DNA of 64,000 nucleotides, taken from Fimbriimonadia bacterium. Lineage in GTDB: Bacteria > Armatimonadota > Fimbriimonadia > Fimbriimonadales > JABRVX01. Position numbers and translations under genes: made by a program. Positions within the stretch are counted from its first letter, which is position 1, and each line of letters starts with the position of its first letter. The notes beneath the pieces are model-generated. The model was not told the origin of the DNA. It saw nothing but the letters and a program-made list of their open reading frames with translations, and did not search any database. Below are positions 53,600-60,780 of the stretch, piece by piece. Location of the stretch: positions 64,001 through 128,000 of the forward strand of contig JBGPGO010000005.1 in assembly GCA_041483895.1 (NCBI GenBank). The letters are read 5' to 3'.

Positions 53600-55336
53600 A
53601 TGAAAGTCATTCCGTACGTTTTGACAATTGCTCTCGCAGTGGCCGCCTCGGTTGTATCCGCACAGCAGATTCATGCGACGGTGGACGGCACTGCGGTGGA
53701 GTTCGCCGGCGTTCAGCCCACGATGGTGGATGGCCGCATATCGGTGCCCCTCCGCGAAATCTTCCAGCGGATGGGGGCCCAAGTTCACTGGAACTCGGCC
53801 ACCAGCACCGTGACTGCGGACAGAACCGGCACCAACGTGCAGCTTCGAATCGGCGAGTACACCGCCCAGGTTGATGGCCGAACCGTAAATCTGGACAGCC
53901 CCGCAACTCTCGTCAGCGGCCATGTGATGGTCCCGATCCGCTTCGTTAGCGAAGCGCTTGGCGCACGGGTTAACTGGCACGAACAGACCCAGACCGTGGC
54001 CATTTATACATCCGCAACGGCAATTGCGAAGGTCGATCCGTCCTTCGATAGCTACGCGGGGAACGGCAGCGCCGCCGGCCCTGCGATCCTTAGTAATGAG
54101 ACGGTCGGCATGACGACAATCGTCGCCGGCACAGTCATTCCGTTTGCGCTCGTAGACGAACTCAGTTCGGATAATTCAAGAATCGGCGACAAGTTCACGG
54201 CGACATTGAAGGAAAACAGTGGATTGGGCTATCTCGGCCTGCCCGCGGGGACAATCGTCGAAGGGCACGTGAACGCCGCAAATGCCAAGAAGAACAACAT
54301 GCCCGGCGTCCTTGGCCTCGCATTTGACCGGATTCGCCTACCAAGCGGAGCGACGTTCGCGGCCCAAGGCTCGCTTATCGGACTGGACAGCAAGAGCGTC
54401 GACAACCAGAATGGTCGCCTTGTGGCCAAGCAATCTGCCAAAACCGATCTGAAATATGTCGGCATTGGCGCTGGCGGCGGCATGGTACTCGCGCTCATCA
54501 CGAAGGGGAATGTCCTGACTACGTCGGTAATCGGCGCAGCGTTGGGTTACCTGTACACACTGGTTCAGAAGGACCCGGCGCAAGCCAACAATGTGACACT
54601 GCCGCCGGGCGCGGAGTTCGGTGTACGGCTTGACCAAAGCATCTTGTTGCGCAACGCTTCACTACGGGCAGAGGGAATAAGTGATGGCGGCATTGGCGCC
54701 AGTGGAGCCGTCTATGCTGTCAACGCTCCATTCGCCGGAATGAGCGGAGGCGAGACGATTAGCATTGACGCCGGCACCGTCATCCCGTTCAAGATGACGA
54801 ACAAGCTGACCTCGAACGGTTCGAGAAAGGGCCAGAAGTTTACGGGGACCATGCAGACAGACGGCGGCGGGGACTACGGCGGTCTGCCTTCGGGCACGAT
54901 CGTCGAAGGCCACGTAAACGTCGTACGGGCTAAGACCACCAAGGCTCCCGGCGTTCTCGGCCTCGCGTTCGATCGAATGCGCCTGCCGAACGGACAGACG
55001 TATGCTATCCATGGTTCTTTGATCGGGTTGGATGGCAAGAGTGTCGACAACCAGGACGGCAGGCTGGTGGCAAAAGCCGGCAGCAAGAACGACCTTAAGT
55101 ACGTCGGCTACGGGGCCGGCGCCGGCGCTCTCGTCGCGCTCGTCACGAAGGGGAACCTCCTAACGAACTCAGTGATCGGCGCGGCGCTCGGTTACGGATA
55201 TTCCCGCTTGCAAAAGAGCCCATCAAAGTTCAACAACGTAACACTCAAGCCGGGCACGAAATTCGGAGTGCGGCTAGACCGCGCAATGTCTTTCCGTAGC
55301 GCATCAGTTCCCGCTGTGTCGGTCGGCGTTCAGTAG
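53600..55336 (+). CDS. Secreted protein: copper-amine-oxidase N-terminal (stalk) domain + two tandem TrbI-like/glycine-zipper domains
   Basis: VPLR.IF..MGA.V.W, MVPIRFVSEALGA.V.W; duplicated AGTVIPF...GLP.GTIVEGHVN...PGVLGLAFDR...GAALGY...FGVRLD. Confidence 0.8.
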   Translation: MKVIPYVLTIALAVAASVVSAQQIHATVDGTAVEFAGVQPTMVDGRISVPLREIFQRMGAQVHWNSATSTVTADRTGTNVQLRIGEYTAQVDGRTVNLDSPATLVSGHVMVPIRFVSEALGARVNWHEQTQTVAIYTSATAIAKVDPSFDSYAGNGSAAGPAILSNETVGMTTIVAGTVIPFALVDELSSDNSRIGDKFTATLKENSGLGYLGLPAGTIVEGHVNAANAKKNNMPGVLGLAFDRIRLPSGATFAAQGSLIGLDSKSVDNQNGRLVAKQSAKTDLKYVGIGAGGGMVLALITKGNVLTTSVIGAALGYLYTLVQKDPAQANNVTLPPGAEFGVRLDQSILLRNASLRAEGISDGGIGASGAVYAVNAPFAGMSGGETISIDAGTVIPFKMTNKLTSNGSRKGQKFTGTMQTDGGGDYGGLPSGTIVEGHVNVVRAKTTKAPGVLGLAFDRMRLPNGQTYAIHGSLIGLDGKSVDNQDGRLVAKAGSKNDLKYVGYGAGAGALVALVTKGNLLTNSVIGAALGYGYSRLQKSPSKFNNVTLKPGTKFGVRLDRAMSFRSASVPAVSVGVQ

Positions 55337-55365
55337 TCGGCGACGCAGAAAGCTAATGACTTCAC

Positions 55366-55401
55366 GGGCCTACGGTCTGCCCCGGACCGTAGGCCCCTTT
55401 C
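55366..55401 (+). terminator. Probable intrinsic terminator hairpin
   Basis: gggcctacggtc / gaccgtaggccc 12-bp stem 30 nt after the stop; short T-tract. Confidence 0.6.
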
Positions 55402-55519
55402 CCCGATATGCCCTGCCGTTTTGCGTTCTTGTTGATTTCTGTACGAGTGATTTGGGTAGGTTGCGCTGAAGGATCTCAATGTTCATTTTGTCAACTTCGG
55501 CATGTGTGGGGAGCTGCAG

Positions 55520-56023
55520 CTAGTCGAGCAATCCCGGGATCGGATGGATGGTCATGCGGCCTGTCTCAAGATTAACTTCCGTCACGATCTCTTTGACCGC
55601 GGGGATGAGGAACCGTCCCACTTCATACACGTCATTTGCGCCACTGTGGATGATATTGTCCAGCGTGCCAAGAAGAACGCCGGCATCTGTGTAAACGGAA
55701 ATGCCGATCAGGTCGTCGTCGTAATACGCTCCCTCTTCCAACTCCATTCGTTCCGTATCGGGGAGGAAGAGGTCGAAGCCGCGCAACCGTTCGACATCGT
55801 CAACAGTTTCCACGCCTTTGAACTTGACCAGCGCCTGGCCCTTGTGCCAGCGAATCGCATCGATCTCCATCGGCGTGGACGTCTCTTGGCGCTTGCCGCC
55901 CCAGCAGCGTAGACCATTCTTAAACCGTTCCGGGAAATCCGTGAGCGGCTCCACTTTCGCCTCGCCCTTTATGCCAAAGGGACCGACCACGACGCCGATG
56001 ACAAACCAGCCGGTTCTAGGCAT
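55520..56023 (-). CDS. rimM: 16S rRNA processing protein RimM
   Basis: IGVVVGPFGIKGE.KV..LTDFPERF, YY.DDLIG, GANDVY, LIPAV. Confidence 0.95.
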   Translation of the reverse strand: MPRTGWFVIGVVVGPFGIKGEAKVEPLTDFPERFKNGLRCWGGKRQETSTPMEIDAIRWHKGQALVKFKGVETVDDVERLRGFDLFLPDTERMELEEGAYYDDDLIGISVYTDAGVLLGTLDNIIHSGANDVYEVGRFLIPAVKEIVTEVNLETGRMTIHPIPGLLD

Positions 56024-56034
56024 GAGCAATTTGT

Positions 56035-56118
56035 ATGTGATTCCGAGCTTGCGAGGAATCTGTGTGGCCAGGGAAACCCTCGGGCGATGGCAGATTCCTC
56101 GCAAGCTCGGAATCACAT
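56035..56118. repeat. Perfect 28-bp inverted repeat element (REP/MITE-like)
   Basis: atgtgattccgagcttgcgaggaatctg ... cagattcctcgcaagctcggaatcacat, plus a partial third arm cggaatgacat near 56129. Confidence 0.85.
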
Positions 56119-56159
56119 CGCGTCGATCCGGAATGACATGGGATCAAGAACATCAACTG

Positions 56160-56399
56160 TTACTCCGTCTCGAACTTAACGGAAACCGTCTGCCGTTCCT
56201 TTTGGGCTACCGCATCGACAACGGTCCGAATCGCCGTCGCCACGCGGCCGCGCTTGCCGATGATTTTCCCCACGTCCGGCGGCGCGACCCGAATCGAATA
56301 TTCCATCCCGTCGCGCCCGCGCATCTCCTTCACAGTGATCACGTCCGGATCGTCCACGATCTCGCTGACCAATGTTTCAAGCAAATTCTTGACAGCCAT
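56160..56399 (-). CDS. khpA: KH-domain RNA-binding protein KhpA
   Basis: D.GKIIGKRGRVA.AIRT; conserved position between rpsP and rimM. Confidence 0.9.
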   Translation of the reverse strand: MAVKNLLETLVSEIVDDPDVITVKEMRGRDGMEYSIRVAPPDVGKIIGKRGRVATAIRTVVDAVAQKERQTVSVKFETE

Positions 56400-56887
56400 T
56401 ATGCCGGCGCCTCCTCCGCGGGAGCTTCCTCAACGGCTGTCTCTTCCGCGACCGGCTCTTCCGTTGGAGCTTCCGCTACCGCCTCGACCACTGGTTCTTC
56501 AACTACGGCGACTGGCTCTTCGACGACGGCCTCCGCAACCGGCTCTTCCTTCTTTGGAGCTGCCTTCTTCGGTTCCGGCTTCGGCTCCGGTTTGGGTTCC
56601 GGCTTGGGTCTTGGCGTGTACTCGATGCCTTTGGACTTCATGAAGTCGCCCCAAGCGCCACTCTCTTGCAAAAGATACTTGGCGGTGTCCGACGGTTGCG
56701 CGCCGACACCCAGCCAATATAGCGCGCGCTCGTTCTTGATATTGATCTTTGACGGATCCGGCATCGGGTCATACGTGCCGATGATCTCCCGATACAGACC
56801 GCGGCGGCCCTTTCGCGAATCCACGACGACAACTCGGTAGAACGGATGCTTTTTTGCGCCCATGCGGCGCAATCGTATTCGAACCAT
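56399..56887 (-). CDS. rpsP: 30S ribosomal protein S16 with low-complexity C-terminal tail
   Basis: MVRIRLRRMGAKKHPFYRVVV.DSR, WL..GAQPSDT. Confidence 0.97.
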   Translation of the reverse strand: MVRIRLRRMGAKKHPFYRVVVVDSRKGRRGLYREIIGTYDPMPDPSKINIKNERALYWLGVGAQPSDTAKYLLQESGAWGDFMKSKGIEYTPRPKPEPKPEPKPEPKKAAPKKEEPVAEAVVEEPVAVVEEPVVEAVAEAPTEEPVAEETAVEEAPAEEAPA

Positions 56888-56905
56888 ATATCTATCAAGC
56901 CTCCC

Positions 56906-58387
56906 TTAGCGAAACTTCTTTCCCGTGCGCTTCATGCGCTTCTGCATTCCCATCATGCCCTTCATCATCTGCCGCATCTGCTGCAGCTGCGATATCAGGG
57001 CGTTCACATCTTCCGGCTTCGAGCCGCTCCCCGCCGCGATCCGCCTCTTGCGCGAGCCGTTCAGCAGCTCCGGATGGCGGCGCTCCTGCGGCGTCATGCT
57101 CAGGATCAATGCCTCCACGCGCTGCATTTGTTTCCCTTGCATCGCCTCATGGGCGCCCTTCATTTGGCTCATGCCGGGGATCATATCCATGATCTTTTCG
57201 AGCGAGCCCATCTTCTTGATCATCTGGAACTGGCTCAGCATGTCCTCGAAGTTTAGCGTGTTTGACCGCAATTTTGCTTCGAGCTGCTTCGCCTGGTCCA
57301 AATCGAAGGCCGCTTCGGCGGTCTCGATGAGGGAAAGAACGTCCCCCATGCCGAGAATTCGCCCGGCGGCCCGGTCGGGATAAAACGGCTCCAGGGCGTC
57401 GGTTTTCTCGCCGACGCCGACGAATCGGATAGGTTTACCACAAACGGCGCGAATACTGAGCGCCGCGCCGCCCCTCGCGTCCCCATCCATCTTGGTTAAT
57501 ATGACCCCGTCGATGCCCAGCTGTTGATTGAAAGCCTCGGCGACGTTGACCGATTCCTGCCCGGCGGTGCCGTCAACCACTAGAAGGGTTTCATGGGCTC
57601 CGACCGCCTGCTTGATGTTTTTGACTTGGCGCATCAGGTCGTCGTCAATCTGCAGCCGGCCGGCGGTGTCCACGATCAGGACGTCCGTCGCCTCCTTTTT
57701 GGCTTGGACGGCCACCTTCACCGGGTCCGTCTCGCCCTCGACGGCTACAACCGGCACCCCGATCTGCTCGCCCAACACCTGCAACTGCCTTACCGCCGCC
57801 GGCCGTTGCAGGTCACAGGCCGCCAGGATCGGCTTCTTGCCCTGGCCTTGCAGCCACTTGGCCAGCTTGGCAGCGGTGGTGGTCTTACCCGATCCCTGTA
57901 GGCCGCACAACAGAAACACCGTCGGCCCGCTCGCGGCCCAGTTGATCTCATTCGATGCGACCGGTCTCCCGACCGAGTCGCCAGGTCGACTCCCTCCCCC
58001 GCTTGCGGGGGAGGGCTGGGGTGGGGGTCCGGAAAAGCCCTCCCCTTTTTTCACGCCCTCGCGTGAAGAAGGGGGAGGGTTGGGTGGGGGTTCTTCCGAT
58101 GCGACCGGCCTCCCGACCGGCGCGCCACCAAGCAGCTCCACCATGTGGTCCCGGACAATCTTGACCACCTGCTGGTCGGGCTCCAGCGCTTCCCACACCT
58201 TCTCCCCGACGGCCCTCTCGGTGACGGCGCGGACGAACTCCTTGACCACCTTGTAGTTGACATCGGCCTCGAGGAGGGCGACGCGCACCTCGCGCAACGC
58301 TTCGGTGACGTCCTTCTCGCTGAGCCTTCCGCGCCCGCGCAGACGCCCAAATATCCCACCGAGCTTCTGGCTTAGGGTTTCGAACAT
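56906..58387 (-). CDS. ffh: Signal recognition particle protein Ffh, carrying an in-frame repeat insertion
   Basis: ALLEADV, GLQGSGKTT, DTAGR, TKMDGDARGGAALS, RILGMGD, SRKRRIAAGSG. Confidence 0.98.
   Translation of the reverse strand: MFETLSQKLGGIFGRLRGRGRLSEKDVTEALREVRVALLEADVNYKVVKEFVRAVTERAVGEKVWEALEPDQQVVKIVRDHMVELLGGAPVGRPVASEEPPPNPPPSSREGVKKGEGFSGPPPQPSPASGGGSRPGDSVGRPVASNEINWAASGPTVFLLCGLQGSGKTTTAAKLAKWLQGQGKKPILAACDLQRPAAVRQLQVLGEQIGVPVVAVEGETDPVKVAVQAKKEATDVLIVDTAGRLQIDDDLMRQVKNIKQAVGAHETLLVVDGTAGQESVNVAEAFNQQLGIDGVILTKMDGDARGGAALSIRAVCGKPIRFVGVGEKTDALEPFYPDRAAGRILGMGDVLSLIETAEAAFDLDQAKQLEAKLRSNTLNFEDMLSQFQMIKKMGSLEKIMDMIPGMSQMKGAHEAMQGKQMQRVEALILSMTPQERRHPELLNGSRKRRIAAGSGSKPEDVNALISQLQQMRQMMKGMMGMQKRMKRTGKKFR
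57953..58119. repeat. Composite palindromic element inside ffh
   Basis: 23-bp direct repeats (57953, 58097; 1 mismatch) flanking two CCCTCCCC...GGGGAGGG hairpins. Confidence 0.85.
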
Positions 58388-58506
58388 GGGGATCGGGAGT
58401 ATACCTTGGGCAGAGGCGGTGAATGCGGGGCCGGGCCACCTTGTTGTGCCCCAACGGAGACACTTAGGGATGCTTTGTAGGTCATTTTGGGCTACACTCG
58501 TTCGAG

Positions 58507-59562
58507 ATGGATCTAGAAAGTGTTCATATACAGAGATTCCGGTGCTTCGACGACTTCAAGATTACAGGTTTCCGCCAGATTACGTTAGTTGCCGGAGCTA
58601 ACAACGTCGGCAAGACCGCGCTCTTAGAAGCCATATTCCTGTTGTACGGCCCAGCTAGCCCGGACCTACCCGGCATGCTCAACTTGAATCGCCAACTTTC
58701 AGGCCACGTCATTGTTCCATTGGAGTTTTGGGGGTGGCTTTTTCACGAGCGAAACATAAAGGAAACCGCCACGATCCAGTCTAGCGGTGACGCCTCAACT
58801 GAGCGTAGCCTGACGCTCACGTTGAAACACGGTGACACATTGTCTATGAGCGACAAGGATCTTATCGCACAGCCGCCCGGTCCAATACTGAATCCGTACA
58901 TTCTCGAAATGGCATACCAGATTGGATCCGGGGAACGGTTTATTTCCCGTGCGAGACCCGGCGACCAGGGCATCCAGTACGATGTCGCTAGTATTCCGTC
59001 AATACCAACGATACTTACAATGTCCAGCACACTTAGATACCCTTTGGATGTGCCGCAACTCTTTACGGACGCTGTCCGAGACGGTCAGAAAGATAAGCTG
59101 ATTGCCGCGATGAGGACCATCGCACCAGATTGCAATGATCTTCTATTGCTCCAGTGGTGTGGAGCGTCTGTTCTGCACGTCGGTCGTTCTTCTGGCGTGC
59201 CTATGCCGATCCAGCTAATGGGGGATGGCGTTGCAAGATTGTTCTCAATCCTTCTTGTGGTATATCGGGCAAAAGATGGGATCGTGTTGATCGACGAAAT
59301 CGAGGCAGGCTTTCATCACTCAAATTTTTGCATGGTCTGGGAATCAGTTATCGACACTGCTACGAAAAACAACGTTCAGGTAGTGGCAACCACTCACAGT
59401 TTAGAATTCATCGAATCTGGATACAGCGTATTTCGAAAAGGCGAACGATCGGATTTGCTCAGATTGATAAGGTTGCAATCTGTTGATGGCAAGACCAAAG
59501 CATTCGATTACGATCTGGATTTGCTTGAAGCGGCCCGTGAAATCGAGGCCGAGGTCCGTTAG
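58507..59562 (+). CDS. ABC-type ATPase (AAA_15/AAA_21-like)
   Basis: Walker A GANNVGKT, signature-like MGDG, Walker B VLIDEIEAGFH, H-loop ATTHS. Confidence 0.88.
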   Translation: MDLESVHIQRFRCFDDFKITGFRQITLVAGANNVGKTALLEAIFLLYGPASPDLPGMLNLNRQLSGHVIVPLEFWGWLFHERNIKETATIQSSGDASTERSLTLTLKHGDTLSMSDKDLIAQPPGPILNPYILEMAYQIGSGERFISRARPGDQGIQYDVASIPSIPTILTMSSTLRYPLDVPQLFTDAVRDGQKDKLIAAMRTIAPDCNDLLLLQWCGASVLHVGRSSGVPMPIQLMGDGVARLFSILLVVYRAKDGIVLIDEIEAGFHHSNFCMVWESVIDTATKNNVQVVATTHSLEFIESGYSVFRKGERSDLLRLIRLQSVDGKTKAFDYDLDLLEAAREIEAEVR

Positions 59563-60189
59563 TTGAAGTCCCAAGTGCCAGAGTCAATTAATCGGCCTTG
59601 CGTGATCGCAGTAGAAGGAGACGATTGCAAACGAGTTGTTCGTGCAATGCTACGTCATCTGCAACGAGATGCGGTTGTGCGGGATTTGAAGTCTCAGTCG
59701 GAGATTCGATCAGGCTTGCTGGCACTTGCCACTGATCCCGGTTTTGTCCACAATGCCAGGTCTTTGGCAGTCATAATTGATGCAGAAGCGAATATAGTTG
59801 CGGCAATTGACAAAGCAAAGGGAGCCATCGCCCAACTTCAGGATTGGCCTCATCCGACGAAGCACGGGGTCATCAGGTCCCATCCCAGCAACCTGCGGCG
59901 AGCAGGATTTTTTGTTCTCCCAGATGGCAAATCCAACGGAAATCTCGAGGACTTAGTCTGGCGATCTGTTGCGGATAATCCGATGGCTCCGTGCATCCAA
60001 GACTTTCAAGAATGTATTCACGAGAATGGGCTGCCACTTCCATCCAATTTGAGCAAGTTTCGTGTGCAATCATTCATTGCTGGACACCCAAGCGACTTTC
60101 GTCTAATCGGTGAAGCTGCCGACGGTGGCGTTTGGCCATTCGACCACGACGCGTTCGACGGCCTAAGAAAATTTCTTAGCGGCTTATGA
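59563..60189 (+). CDS. DUF3226-like TOPRIM-related protein
   Basis: IAVEGDD, VIIDAE, FFVLPDG...GNLEDL, W.FDH..F..L..FL; abuts the ATPase stop. Confidence 0.75.
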   Translation: MKSQVPESINRPCVIAVEGDDCKRVVRAMLRHLQRDAVVRDLKSQSEIRSGLLALATDPGFVHNARSLAVIIDAEANIVAAIDKAKGAIAQLQDWPHPTKHGVIRSHPSNLRRAGFFVLPDGKSNGNLEDLVWRSVADNPMAPCIQDFQECIHENGLPLPSNLSKFRVQSFIAGHPSDFRLIGEAADGGVWPFDHDAFDGLRKFLSGL

Positions 60190-60305
60190 ATACGTCTTGC
60201 AGAAAGCAACGGGCCTACTCGAATCTTCATCACGAGACTGCGATTTTCACCAGATGCCGTTGCTACGACGCCAAGGTATCGTATGTATGCATGTTCGAAG
60301 AGTCT

Positions 60306-60587
60306 CTATTGAGGAGAATTCTTACTGATTTCGGTTAACGCCCCTGCAAGGTCCTTCACCCGTCCATCGCGCACATCCTGTTCACTTGCTCGCATGGCGG
60401 CGATGAAGCGGGTGTGCTCCAGTTCGTCCACCATCGCCTGGTACGTCTCGACATCCTGAATCACGACCTCCGCGTCGCCATTGACCGTGATCGCCATCGG
60501 GCTTTTCGTCTCCTTAACCCGTTGGATATAGCGTTTGGCATTTCGCGTAAATTCGGTCAGGGAATGGATGTCGGTCGCCTTAATCAT
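60306..60587 (-). CDS. Phd/YefM-family antitoxin (orphan)
   Basis: DIHSLTEFTRN.....VKETK.P.AITVNG.AEVV.QD..TYQ. Confidence 0.85.
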   Translation of the reverse strand: MIKATDIHSLTEFTRNAKRYIQRVKETKSPMAITVNGDAEVVIQDVETYQAMVDELEHTRFIAAMRASEQDVRDGRVKDLAGALTEISKNSPQ

Positions 60588-60600
60588 ATTTGCCTAGCCC

Positions 60601-60628
60601 TCATGGAATTACTCATGTTATTCCATGA
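60601..60628. promoter_or_regulatory. Palindromic operator upstream of antitoxin
   Basis: TCATGGAAT-N10-ATTCCATGA overlapping a minus-strand -10-like TATCAT. Confidence 0.6.
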
Positions 60629-60780
60629 TACCACAAGTCGCAGCCGCTTAGGTATTTGGAATTCCAGACGAATTGACAGATGGGGCTGCGGCTACCTATG
60701 AGCGCCATGTAACCATCCCCCGACCTGTGACATCTAACGGTCAAGAAGCCCTTGTCAGCAGGGCAGAAGGTGGTCCTCTC

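Noticed and set aside
55818..56840. 340-aa plus-strand ORF with Ser/Thr-rich repeats
   Set aside because: Antisense to rimM-khpA-rpsP; the low complexity mirrors the S16 tail
57953..58119. ffh insertion as an intein or self-splicing intron
   Set aside because: Too short, no intein terminal motifs (Cys/Ser start, His-Asn end) and no intron core; explained by palindromic repeats
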